This document shows, in pieces, positions 7,819 through 18,516 of a stretch of DNA of 26,523 nucleotides (position 1 is its first letter; the number at the start of each line of letters is the position of its first letter). The translations under genes were made by a program, and so were the position numbers. The notes beneath the pieces are model-generated. The model saw only the letters and a list, made by a program, of their open reading frames with translations, was not told the DNA's origin and ran no database searches. This DNA comes from Candidatus Krumholzibacteriia bacterium. Lineage in GTDB: Bacteria > Krumholzibacteriota > Krumholzibacteriia > WVZY01. The stretch is taken from positions 1-26,523 of the forward strand of contig JBHHVD010000041.1 of the NCBI GenBank assembly GCA_046754105.1. The letters run 5' to 3'.

Positions 7819-9009
7819 TTAGCCGTTCAAGATACCGTATTTCCCGCCGACCTTCCGAAAGGCGGCGATCGCGCGGTCGAGCTGCTCGCGGCTGTGGGCG
7901 GCGGAGAGCTGCACGCGGATGCGCGCCTGGCCCTTTGGCACCACCGGAAAGCTGAAACCGATCACGTAGATTTTCTCCGCCAGCAGGTCGCGCGCGACGT
8001 CGTGCGCGAGCCTGGCGTCACCGAGCATGATGGGCACGATCGGGTGCGTGCCCTCCTTGATATTGAAACCCGCCTTCGTCATTTCGCCCCTGAAATACGT
8101 CGTGTTTTGTTCCAGGCGATCCCGAAGCTCCGTTGTTTCACTGAGGAGGTCCACCGCAGCGGCGGCCGCCATTACGATGGACGGCGTCAGCGTGTTCGAG
8201 AAAAGGTACGGCCTGGACCGCTGGCGCAGAAACTCGACGATCTCCTTGCGCGCACTGGTGAATCCCCCCGACGCGCCGCCCATCGCCTTGCCGAGCGTGG
8301 ACGTGATAATGTCGACCCGCCCCATGACGTCGCGGTACTCGTGGGTGCCGCGTCCTCTCTTGCCGACGAAGCCGGTGGCGTGGGAGTCGTCGATCATGAC
8401 CAGTGCATCGTATTTCTCCGCGAGGTCGCAGATCGTATCGAGCTTCGCGAGATAGCCGTCCATGCTGAAAACACCGTCGGTGGCAATCATGCGCAGCCGG
8501 TGCTTCCCGCATTCCTTGAGGATATCCTCGAGCTGATTCATGTCGGAATTCTTGTAACGCTTGCGGTCCGCCTTGCACAGACGGACGCCGTCGATAATGC
8601 TCGCATGGTTGAGCTCGTCGCTGATGATGGCATCCTCCGACGCGAGCAGGGCCTCAAACAGGCCTCCGTTGGCGTCGAAGCACGAGCTGTAGAGGATGGT
8701 GTCCTCCATGCCGACGAATTCCGAGATCTTCCGCTCGAGTTCCGTGTGCACGTCCTGGGTGCCGCAGATGAAGCGCACCGACGACATTCCGTAGCCGCGG
8801 TGGTCGAGGCCACGATGCGCGGCCTCCATGATCCTCGGGTGCGACGACAGCCCGAGATAATTGTTGGCGCAAAAATTCAGGACCTCTCCCTCTTCGACGG
8901 TGATTTCGGACGCCTGCGGGCTGAGGATGACGCGCTCGTCCTTGTACAGCCCCGCCTCGCGGATGTCCTGCAGCTCCCTGGTCAACTTGTCCTTAAGGGC
9001 CCCGTACAT
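7819..9009 (-). CDS. kbl: Glycine C-acetyltransferase (2-amino-3-ketobutyrate CoA ligase)
   Basis: [53 protein letters not shown] lysine in [27 protein letters not shown] before ATG 9009. Confidence 0.95.
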   Translation of the reverse strand: MYGALKDKLTRELQDIREAGLYKDERVILSPQASEITVEEGEVLNFCANNYLGLSSHPRIMEAAHRGLDHRGYGMSSVRFICGTQDVHTELERKISEFVGMEDTILYSSCFDANGGLFEALLASEDAIISDELNHASIIDGVRLCKADRKRYKNSDMNQLEDILKECGKHRLRMIATDGVFSMDGYLAKLDTICDLAEKYDALVMIDDSHATGFVGKRGRGTHEYRDVMGRVDIITSTLGKAMGGASGGFTSARKEIVEFLRQRSRPYLFSNTLTPSIVMAAAAAVDLLSETTELRDRLEQNTTYFRGEMTKAGFNIKEGTHPIVPIMLGDARLAHDVARDLLAEKIYVIGFSFPVVPKGQARIRVQLSAAHSREQLDRAIAAFRKVGGKYGILNG

Positions 9010-9104
9010 GCTTTGCTCCTTCTCGTCGTTTGTGCTCCAGCGGCCGGATCGTGGAAACGCGGCCCCGCCTTCAATACGTGGTGACCGCGACGCGGCGCCC
9101 GCGC

Positions 9105-10266
9105 CTACCCGCCCCGCGACCACTGGATCAGAACCTTGGGGTGGGACAGGATCCGCCGCTCGAAATCGTCCACGTCGTAGTCTTCGATGTTCACGACGGT
9201 TCCGTCGCCCTTCCCCAGGATGACGTCGTGGATCTTGTCCTGAATCTGATTGTCCCGCGCTTCGAGGAGATCACGCGAAATCTCCCACGTTTCGAAGATT
9301 CTCCGTCCGATGACACTGTGCAATGACACTCCCCGGACGATAACGCGGGAAAAATTCTCGATCGTAAAGTCACCGCTCTTGATGCCGAAGAGCACGATGT
9401 CGCCGCCCTGGCACACCGCGTTGATCGCGTTGTTGACCGACGAGTTGTACCCCGCCATTTCGAAGGCCACGTCGACACCGTCGTCTCCGAAATCCCGGAC
9501 CTCGGCGACCACGTCCGGGTCGCTGCGCCACGAGTCCTTCTCCGGCTTGAAGCGGACCATTTTGTCGACGCCGAGTTTCTCCGCCATACGGGCGTTTTCC
9601 TCGTTGGGCTCGACACCGACGATCCTCGATGCGCCCAGCGCCCGCGCGATCAGCAGCGTAAAGAGCCCGATCGGGCCGCAACCGAATATCGCCACGCTTT
9701 TGCCGCGCAGGTCGATCCGTGTGGCGGCGTGCACGGCGTTGCCGAACGGCTCCTGGATGGCCGCCACGATCGGCTTGATCTTGTCACGGTTCGTCCTCCA
9801 CAACACGGCGGCGGGCAGCTTGATGTACTCCGCAAAACACCCGTCCCGATGAAACCCTATGATCTTCTCGTTGTCGCACACGTGCCGATCGCCGCGCAGG
9901 CACCGGTGACACCGCCCGCATGTGATGTGCGATTCGGCCGCCACCATCTCACCCTGCCGATACCCGAAACGGCCTTCGACCTCCGACCCCGTTTCCGCCA
10001 CCTCGCCGAGCAGTTCGTGGCCGACGACGCGAACGTCTTTCTTTTCTCCGTCCAGCGAGTCGAAGATCATCGACTTGAACGAGTCGCGGAACCAGATGCC
10101 GCGGTCGGAGCCGCAAAAGCCGGTGTAGAGAACCTTGACGATGACGTTGGTCGCGTCCTCCGCGTCGCGCGCCTCGTCGAGCACGGGCCTGGCGACCTGG
10201 ACCCTGCGCAGCCCCCGCGAAGCCTCCCAGTCGTCCCTGGAGCGGTCGAAGACCAGCGCCCACATC

Positions 10267-10277
<11 letters not shown>
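9105..10277 (-). CDS. tdh: Zinc-dependent medium-chain dehydrogenase, probable L-threonine 3-dehydrogenase
   Basis: [29 protein letters not shown] structural Zn site, [15 protein letters not shown] Rossmann motif, GRRIFETW. Directly upstream of kbl. Start placed at ATG 10277. Confidence 0.8.
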
Positions 10278-11667
<1,390 letters not shown>

Positions 11668-11726
11668 GCTTTCCTCTTGCCGGCGGCCCGACGCCGGTCC
11701 TGTCAGCAACGGCCCATCCGCGTCGC

Positions 11727-11843
11727 GGGCGGGCTCGGGGGTTGTCGACGGAACGTTCGCAGGAGCGAGCGAGGATCCGCCCGCGAAGCGGGCTAGCCGA
11801 GCGAAGCGGGCAACGTGACGGAGACAAGCCCCCGAGTTCACCC
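11727..11843. repeat. Branched inverted-repeat element (REP/MITE-like or structured RNA)
   Basis: Outer arms GGGCGGGCTCGGGGGTTGTC (11727-11746) and GACAAGCCCCCGAGTTCACCC (11823-11843). Inner ACGTT/AACGT pair. Central GCCCGC-GAA-GCGGGC hairpin at 11779-11793. Confidence 0.6.
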
Positions 11844-11882
11844 CCAGACGTGTCATTCGCGCAGCCGGCCACAGTAGTCAAT

Positions 11883-14800
11883 CTATTGCATTTTGTCGTA
11901 GTCGCGCAAGCGCGCATAGAGGGTGGGTTTCGAAATGCCGAGCATGGACGCCGCGCGGTGCTTGCCCTTTACATGCGATACCATGCGCTGCGCCAGCAAC
12001 GCTTCCAGGACGGGCAAGAGCGGGTTGGACTCCGAGTAGTTGCCGAGCGAGATGATCTGATCGACGAGCTCATCCAGACGCCGGCTGGTCTGGCGGCCCG
12101 CCCCCATGACTTCTTTCAGGAAATCGTCGGGCAGCGACGAAGGGGTGATCAGCTTGTCGTCGGACAGCACGACCACGCGCTCGAGCACGTTCTGGAGCTC
12201 CCGGACGTTGCCGGCCCACGTCGCCTTTTGAAAAAGCTGGATCGTTTCCGGCGACAGCGTTTTGGGCGCCATCCCTTTCTCCCCGCAGCTCTTCTTTATG
12301 TAGTCGAGTGCGATCGCCAGCATGTCTTCCTTACGCTCCCGCAGCGGCGGCAGGTCGATCAGGATCACCTTGAGCCGGTAGTACAAATCCTGCCGGAACT
12401 TGCCCTGCTTGCAGAGCTCTTCGAGATCCTCGTTGCTCGCCGCGACGATGCGAACGTCCGCCGTCAATCTCTGGTTGCCGCCGAGGCGCATGAAACTCTT
12501 GCTCTCGATGAAGTGCAGGAGCTTCGTTTGTGTTTCCACCGGCATGACGTTTATATCGTCCAAAAACAGCGTGCCCCCGTCCGCCATCTCGCACAGACCC
12601 GGCTTGCGCTGCACCGCACCGGTAAACGAGCCGCGCTCGTGCCCGAAGAGTTCGCTTTCGAGCAGGTTGTGCGGAATCTGCGCGCAGTGAATTTCCTGGA
12701 AACGTCTCTTTTGCCGGGGGCTCTTGTAGTGAATGGCGCGCGCGAGTGCGGATTTTCCGGTGCCGCTCTCTCCGAGGATCAGGATACCCGAGTCGGTGTC
12801 CTTGACCTTTTCGAGTATGCGAAAAATCTTTTTCATCGCCTCGCTCTTGCCGATCAGGTTTTCGAAACGAAACTTGACTGAGGCGTCCGATTGCATTCCG
12901 TCGTCCCGGATTTCCAGGATCTCGCCCTTGAGAAACTCCTCGTTCAGGTGCAGCATCAGCTTGAGGCTGCCTGCGACGTGGCGGCCCAGCCATGTAAAGA
13001 AGTTGATGTTTTCCTTGGAAAGCGGAAGCCGGTCCTTTTCCAGGTAAAAAAACAGGCATCCGAGATCCTCGCTTGCGGCCTTGAGTGGGATGCAGAGAAA
13101 CTCTCCGCCCTCCGGGTCACGCCTCCGCAAGACGTCGGGAACGTCCTGGGACAGACTGTCGACGAGTCCGCCGAGCAGCAAGGTGCGGCGAAAAATTGCA
13201 TCCGCCTCCGGCGGCAGCGCCACACTGCGTTGGCCCGTGCCGTCGAAGACGCGGAACTGGTTGCTGTCGGTCCTCAGCGCCACGTAACAATCGGTGGGAT
13301 CGACCACCTGCCTCGCCGCTTCCATTACGCGGCGCAGAAACTCGCCGTGGTCGGTTGCGTAGTCGGTCAGCGCGCTCAGCTCGTAGAACGCCATCAACAG
13401 CTTCTGGGATTCCTTGCCCGCGATATGGGTCCGCACGGGGTGGGCGCGGAGGACGTGCTGGAGTTTTACGAATTCTTCCGGCAGCTCGCGGCCGATGTCC
13501 GCGCGGATGAAATCCTGCGCGCGATCGAGATAGTGGCGAGCCTCGAGATCGTTGCCCGTTTCGGCGTGAATGAGACCGATCTTCGATAGCACCGTGGCGG
13601 CGAGCCGGTATTTCGAAAGCGCCGTGTATTGATTCGACGCCCTCTCGTAGTGTTTTAGCGCCTCGACCTGGCGGTTCTGTTCGCTCTCGAGGTCTCCAAA
13701 AATATCCTCGATCTGCGCGGTTTCGTACTTCGAGCCAATACGCTGCACGAGTTCGAAGGCGGAGTCGGCGAATTCACGCGCCTGGCCGAATCGCTTCTGT
13801 TTGAGGCACAGCGAGGAGAGACGGCGCAAGGCGCCCATTTCCTCGTTGATCGCCTGACGTTGGTGCGAGACGTGAAGGGACTCCCGGTATTGCTTCTCGG
13901 CCGCATCGAAATCGCCGCCCTCGAGCGCGATATCGCCGAGCGTGGCATAGTTGTCGGCCGCGAGCGGCGCGTTCTCCAGCTCTTCGCTGATGGCGAGGCT
14001 CTCGCGGCACTTGGCTTCGGCTTCCTTGAAATTGCGCCCTTCCAGGTAGAGGAGCGCGAGGTTGAGATAGCCGCCGGCGATACCGGCCTTGTTCTTCTGA
14101 TGCCGTTTGAGTTCGAGGCTCCGGTTGTAGTAGTCGAGCGCTTTTTCGTATTCGCCCTTGCTCTGGTAGGCGAGGGCAAGGTTGTTGAAGCTGGCCGCCA
14201 GCGCGTTCTCATCGGCCGAGCGCTCCCGCAGGTAGGCGCTCTGCTCGTAGTAGGAAATCGCCTCGTCGTAGCGGCTCGTGTTGAAGTGAACCACGCCCAT
14301 CAGGTTGAGCGCCTGCGCGACGATCAAGGGATACTGGTTGGGGCTAAGCGTGTTCAGACTCAGCCGGCACGACTCCATCGATTTGTCGTAGTCGCCCAAC
14401 CGGTATTGCAGCCAGCCGATATCGTTGAGCAGTTGGGCCTGCTCGGGTATGGGCAGGGCCGACTGCAGGTCGTCATTCGCCGTCTCGAGAAGATCCAGGG
14501 CTTGTTTGAACTCGCCGCGGGCTTCCCAGCGGTCGGCCAGCAGGCGGTAGGTTGCGCTCAGGCGCGGCGCGTTCTTTAGTACCTGATCCGTTTCCGCTTC
14601 CGCGATCAGGCCCCGTGATTCGAGCAGTAGCTCTTCGGCCCGGGGCGCCTCCCCCCTGTGCAGCAGGTCGAGGGCGAGTTCGTAGTGGGCGAGCACCTGA
14701 TCCGCGAACGGCAGGCTCTCGAGGATGCGTTTGCCCGCCAGGCCGATACACAGCGACACCACGGCAGGGTTTCGCTTCTCACTCTCCGAGCCGCGCAGGT

Positions 14801-16490
14801 AGGCGAGCGCATGTCGGGCGGCGAGATCGGTGTTGCCCGAGTGCAGGGCGTGAAGCAGCAGAAAAAAATTTGGAAAGAAACGCTCGCGTTCGCCGATGAG
14901 CATGATCGTGCGATGGAGTTTCTTGCGCCGCTGCTCGGGGATGCTCTCGTAGATGAGACGTCTCAAGGCGACACTCGCGATACGCACGAAGAGCGATATT
15001 ACATTCTTGCGCGGAATCTTCCGATAAAAAAGCTCGATGCCATCTAGGGAAACAAGCTCGAGTATGGCAGCGCGGATCTTGTCGCCGGCCTCGGAGAACG
15101 CAGAGGTCACCAGGTCGATCGGCATGGAGAACCTCGCCACCGCGATGAACTCGAGCAACTGCCGCTCCTCGGTGCGCAGCTTGCCGAGGTAGTCCTTCGC
15201 CAGTTGCTCGGGTGGCGCGGTGTCGGGCGCACGCACGCCGAGTTTGCGGAGCGCCGATCGCAGGTAATCCCCGAGGTGGTCCGGTTCGTCTGCGGTTCCG
15301 CGGGTCGTGATTTCCCGGTAGGCGTCCCCCCGATTCCGGCTGAGCTTTCTCAAAAAACCGGTGAGCTCGCTCGCCACACCGTTCGCGTCGATGCTGAGGA
15401 TCGCGGACTCGCGAACGCCGCCGGGTGATTCGAGCAGGGTTGTGGAAAAATCGGAGTTGGCGAACTCCTTCTCGTCGATATCATCGATCACCCACACACG
15501 GTGCGGCGCAGGTTTTCCCCTGGAGGCCGATCTTTTGCCCGGCGCGGGGAAGAGATCCCATTCGTCCAGCGCCGTCACCTGGCGCCCTTCCGAGCGCACC
15601 AGCCGCGCCGCGGCACGCTCGAGGATCGTGCTCTTGCCCGTGTACGAATCGCCCCGGACCACGACGACACCGCCGTCCACGCACACCCTCTCGACTGCCT
15701 CGTCGACACAAGGCCCGATGTCGAAGCGCTCATCCTGCGCCACCGGCCCCGCATCCGCGTCCAACTGTCGTGCGAACAGCCTTTTGTAAGCGGCGGCGAG
15801 GGTCGTGGCGTCGCCTTCCGCAATGGCCCCCGCCGTTTCCCGGAGACGCGCGCAGAACGGGTCGCCGTCGGCCTCGGCGACGCCCGCAACGCTACCGATC
15901 AACGCCTCGAGCAGCGGCAGATGGACGTTGGCGTGTTCGGATCTCAGGACGGGATCGGGAGGTTGGGTGCGGGTTGGGGATCGGAGGTCACGACGCGCCC
16001 GAGCCGCCACCGGTGCTCCCGGTCCCGAGAGAAACGGGACCGCGTACGCGCAGGGCAACAGGGCGAATCCCCCGCCTTCGGTCCTGGCAAACGCCTCGGG
16101 GAAAAGATCACCGACCTGGAAACGGTAGCGCTCAAAGGTGGACAGGGCACGAATCAACGAGTCGAACAGCACCGGCAGGTCTTCGGGCACCCGCGCCGAC
16201 GGCGTCACCGGCTCGAGGTGGTCGATGAGGAATTCGATGCGGTCGCCCTCGGCCGCCAGGGAGAGCACCCGGGGGCAGAGTTCCGGTGCGATCGCCGCGG
16301 CGGCGTCCGCACGAAACTGCAGCACGCTGGGCAGGAACTCGGACAGGGCCTTGGACTTGAGGGTGAGACGGAGAAATCGGCGTTCGCTCACCAGGTCCAT
16401 CAGCGACGCAATCCGCCACGCGCCGGCCTGGATCTCGTTCCCCGTGGGTTCGAGATTCTGATGGTACGAATGGGATGGATAGAACGCCAT
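11883..16490 (-). CDS. Giant sigma54-dependent transcriptional activator (degenerate kinase-like, P-loop NTPase, TPR, GAF-like, AAA+, Fis-type HTH)
   Basis: C-terminus has GESGTGKS, ESELFGHERGSFTGA, GTLFLDDI, FRQDLYYRL, WAGNVRELQN and AASMLGISKPTLY. Central TPRs include FNNLALAYQSKGEYEKALDYYNRSL. N-terminal GDSYTGKST and VWVIDDID. Confidence 0.9.
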   Translation of the reverse strand: MAFYPSHSYHQNLEPTGNEIQAGAWRIASLMDLVSERRFLRLTLKSKALSEFLPSVLQFRADAAAAIAPELCPRVLSLAAEGDRIEFLIDHLEPVTPSARVPEDLPVLFDSLIRALSTFERYRFQVGDLFPEAFARTEGGGFALLPCAYAVPFLSGPGAPVAARARRDLRSPTRTQPPDPVLRSEHANVHLPLLEALIGSVAGVAEADGDPFCARLRETAGAIAEGDATTLAAAYKRLFARQLDADAGPVAQDERFDIGPCVDEAVERVCVDGGVVVVRGDSYTGKSTILERAAARLVRSEGRQVTALDEWDLFPAPGKRSASRGKPAPHRVWVIDDIDEKEFANSDFSTTLLESPGGVRESAILSIDANGVASELTGFLRKLSRNRGDAYREITTRGTADEPDHLGDYLRSALRKLGVRAPDTAPPEQLAKDYLGKLRTEERQLLEFIAVARFSMPIDLVTSAFSEAGDKIRAAILELVSLDGIELFYRKIPRKNVISLFVRIASVALRRLIYESIPEQRRKKLHRTIMLIGERERFFPNFFLLLHALHSGNTDLAARHALAYLRGSESEKRNPAVVSLCIGLAGKRILESLPFADQVLAHYELALDLLHRGEAPRAEELLLESRGLIAEAETDQVLKNAPRLSATYRLLADRWEARGEFKQALDLLETANDDLQSALPIPEQAQLLNDIGWLQYRLGDYDKSMESCRLSLNTLSPNQYPLIVAQALNLMGVVHFNTSRYDEAISYYEQSAYLRERSADENALAASFNNLALAYQSKGEYEKALDYYNRSLELKRHQKNKAGIAGGYLNLALLYLEGRNFKEAEAKCRESLAISEELENAPLAADNYATLGDIALEGGDFDAAEKQYRESLHVSHQRQAINEEMGALRRLSSLCLKQKRFGQAREFADSAFELVQRIGSKYETAQIEDIFGDLESEQNRQVEALKHYERASNQYTALSKYRLAATVLSKIGLIHAETGNDLEARHYLDRAQDFIRADIGRELPEEFVKLQHVLRAHPVRTHIAGKESQKLLMAFYELSALTDYATDHGEFLRRVMEAARQVVDPTDCYVALRTDSNQFRVFDGTGQRSVALPPEADAIFRRTLLLGGLVDSLSQDVPDVLRRRDPEGGEFLCIPLKAASEDLGCLFFYLEKDRLPLSKENINFFTWLGRHVAGSLKLMLHLNEEFLKGEILEIRDDGMQSDASVKFRFENLIGKSEAMKKIFRILEKVKDTDSGILILGESGTGKSALARAIHYKSPRQKRRFQEIHCAQIPHNLLESELFGHERGSFTGAVQRKPGLCEMADGGTLFLDDINVMPVETQTKLLHFIESKSFMRLGGNQRLTADVRIVAASNEDLEELCKQGKFRQDLYYRLKVILIDLPPLRERKEDMLAIALDYIKKSCGEKGMAPKTLSPETIQLFQKATWAGNVRELQNVLERVVVLSDDKLITPSSLPDDFLKEVMGAGRQTSRRLDELVDQIISLGNYSESNPLLPVLEALLAQRMVSHVKGKHRAASMLGISKPTLYARLRDYDKMQ

Positions 16491-16535
16491 GGCACCCTGG
16501 GGGCAGAATCGTCAAGAAATCTTACGAGTAAAATT

Positions 16536-16564
16536 ATTTTACGCCTACCCGCCCCGGAATTCAA
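16536..16564 (-). promoter_or_regulatory. Sigma70-type promoter TTGAAT-N17-TAAAAT for the activator gene
   Basis: -35 at 16564-16559 and -10 at 16541-16536, in an AT-rich intergenic patch. Confidence 0.6.
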
Positions 16565-16603
16565 GGAGTTTATTGGGCGGCGCGAACTGGTGTGGCGGGG
16601 TGC

Positions 16604-16957
16604 TCAGGTGAAATAGAGGATTCGCCCGCAGTTTTCGCAGCTAAGGAACGAGTCCTTGGTCTGAAGGGAGGGGTACGACGTGGGAAGGGTGACAAAGCAC
16701 CCGAGGCAGAGATTGCTGGTTACCGGCACCACGGCGCGCCCGTACGACTTGGAGAGGCGTTCGTAACGGTTCAAGAGCTGGGGCTTTATTCGCTTGGCGA
16801 GGGCTTCTCTCGCGTCGTTCAACTCGGTGATCCCGTCGAGTTTGAAGCCCATCTGTTTCATCTCCGACGAGGTGTCGGAGTCCTTTGCTTCCTTGAGCAT
16901 GAGATCCAGGTCCTGGAGGGCGACCAGGAGTTTGACTTGATTCGCTACCGAATCCAT
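16604..16957 (-). CDS. Short C4-type zinc-ribbon protein (zf-RING_7; HP0958/CT398-like)
   Basis: N-terminal LVALQDLD, then LLNRYERL, AVVPV, CLGC..CENCGRILY. 117 aa, starting 1 nt after the ptsN stop. Confidence 0.85.
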   Translation of the reverse strand: MDSVANQVKLLVALQDLDLMLKEAKDSDTSSEMKQMGFKLDGITELNDAREALAKRIKPQLLNRYERLSKSYGRAVVPVTSNLCLGCFVTLPTSYPSLQTKDSFLSCENCGRILYFT

Positions 16958-16958
16958 C

Positions 16959-17420
16959 TCAGGCGGCTCCCAACGCTTCCTGCAGCAGGGCGAAGTCCCC
17001 CGCCTCGACGAGACGCTTACGGACGGCGGAGGTCTTGATCAGCTCTACCAGGTAGCCAAGTACTTGCAGGTAGAGGTTTTCCTTGTCCTGGGGCGGAGCG
17101 ATAATGAGGAAGAAAAGATGCGTCGGCTTCTTGTCCAACGCATCGAAATCAACACCGTCTTTGGAGCGGGCAAAGAGAAGGGTAAGCTCTTGCACGGCGA
17201 GCGAGCGGCCGTGGGGGAACGCGACGCCCTTACCGATCCCCGTGCTCCCCAGCCGCTCGCGCGTCATGAGCATCTCGAGGATCAGATCCCGATCCTTGAG
17301 GTGACAGCTCTCGCTGATACATTCGACCATCTCCGACAACGCTCCGCGCTTGTCTTTGGAAGTGAGGTCAAATATACAGAGTGATTCCTGAAAGAATTCT
17401 GCGAGTTCCTGAGGCTTCAT
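16959..17420 (-). CDS. ptsN: PTS EIIA, fructose/mannitol/Ntr type (PtsN-like)
   Basis: RERLGSTGIGKGVAFPHGR with the phospho-His, and GVDFDALDKKPTHLFFLI. Stand-alone, with no EIIBC in the window. Confidence 0.85.
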   Translation of the reverse strand: MKPQELAEFFQESLCIFDLTSKDKRGALSEMVECISESCHLKDRDLILEMLMTRERLGSTGIGKGVAFPHGRSLAVQELTLLFARSKDGVDFDALDKKPTHLFFLIIAPPQDKENLYLQVLGYLVELIKTSAVRKRLVEAGDFALLQEALGAA

Positions 17421-17441
17421 TCCGTGCTTTCAACTTGGTAG

Positions 17442-17470
17442 ACGCTATCAGAAAATCAGTTCCGGCTCAA
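17442..17470 (-). promoter_or_regulatory. Possible sigma70-type promoter TTGAGC-N17-TAGCGT (extended TG) for ptsN
   Basis: Correct spacing but a weak -10 match. Confidence 0.35.
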
Positions 17471-17519
17471 TACGAAAAATGCGACTTTTGTCGGATTTGC
17501 TGCTATATTCCTGTCCGTC

Positions 17520-18452
17520 ATGAAATCCGACCACGCACAAGGCCTGGTTCTGCGTGTCACGGGCCACGAGGTCTGGGTAGACGTGGGGGGTAACACGGTT
17601 GTTTGCCTGCTGCGGGGCCGGTTTCGCCGAAAAGACCGGAATCTGCAGGTCGTGGCCGGTGACCGCGTAGAGGTGTACACGAAGGGTTCGGCGGGTGGCC
17701 CGGCTCCGATAGAAGCGGTACTCCCGAGGCAATCCTGGTTGTCGAGGTACGTGGGCGGGCGTCACGGGGCTGAGCGCGTGATCGTCGCCAATATCGAGGT
17801 GCTGATCGTCGTCGTTTCCGTGCGCTCTCCCCGGCTCCACTACCAGTTTCTCGACCGGGTGCTCGTGTCGGCGGAGAGAGGTCAAACGGAAGTCACAATC
17901 TGCCTCAATAAAATCGACAAGCTCGATTCACCCCGGCAAGCCGAGGACTTTGTTCGCCTCTACGAGGCGCTCGGGTATCCGGTCATCCAGTCCAGCGCCC
18001 GGACCGGTGCGGGGATCGACCAGATCCGGGCGCTGCTCCGGGGCGGCGTCTACGCTTTTGTAGGGCAATCAGGGGTCGGTAAGAGCTCGATACTGAATCG
18101 CATCGACCCGATGCTCGACCTCAAAGTCGGATACGTGGCGCGCAAGACCGGCCGCGGCCGGCATACGACCTCGTACTCGCAACTCTTTCGGATGGAGGGC
18201 GGGTTTGTGGCCGATACGCCCGGCATGCAGACGTTCGGTTTCCCGGGAACGGAGGAAGGAGAGTTGTCCGAGTGCTTTCCGGAATTCCGTGGATTCGAGG
18301 CGGAGTGCCGCTTTCGGCCGTGCACGCATTCGCACGAGCCTGAGTGCGCGGTAAAGAGCGCCCTCGAGAAGGGCTTCATAGAGCCGTCGCGCTACGCGAG
18401 CTACGAGGGTATGCTGTCGGAAATCGGCGCCCGCAAGAAGAGACGACGATGA
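17520..18452 (+). CDS. rsgA: Ribosome small subunit-dependent GTPase A
   Basis: OB-fold N-terminus (VAGDRV), circularly permuted NKID..GQSGVGKSS..GRHTT..DTPG, Zn finger CRFRPCTHSHEPEC. Confidence 0.95.
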   Translation: MKSDHAQGLVLRVTGHEVWVDVGGNTVVCLLRGRFRRKDRNLQVVAGDRVEVYTKGSAGGPAPIEAVLPRQSWLSRYVGGRHGAERVIVANIEVLIVVVSVRSPRLHYQFLDRVLVSAERGQTEVTICLNKIDKLDSPRQAEDFVRLYEALGYPVIQSSARTGAGIDQIRALLRGGVYAFVGQSGVGKSSILNRIDPMLDLKVGYVARKTGRGRHTTSYSQLFRMEGGFVADTPGMQTFGFPGTEEGELSECFPEFRGFEAECRFRPCTHSHEPECAVKSALEKGFIEPSRYASYEGMLSEIGARKKRRR

Positions 18453-18516
18453 CGTGCCTTCGCGGCCTGCTGCAAAGTGAAGCGGCCTGGCGGCCCGGCC
18501 CGACAAGGGACTGAAC

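Noticed and set aside
9010..9104. Glycine riboswitch between tdh and kbl
   Set aside because: No recognisable aptamer consensus; only weak GC-rich pairing.
11742..12881. 379-aa plus-strand ORF opposite the AAA+ domain, and similar long antisense ORFs (7894..9084, 6845..7783, 15501..16616, 19762..20625)
   Set aside because: Typical shadow ORFs of high-GC coding sequence, with no recognisable motifs of their own.
11883..16490. Avs-type antiphage STAND protein
   Set aside because: The output is a sigma54 AAA+-HTH rather than a nuclease or other toxic effector, and the context is housekeeping. A transcriptional sensor fits better.
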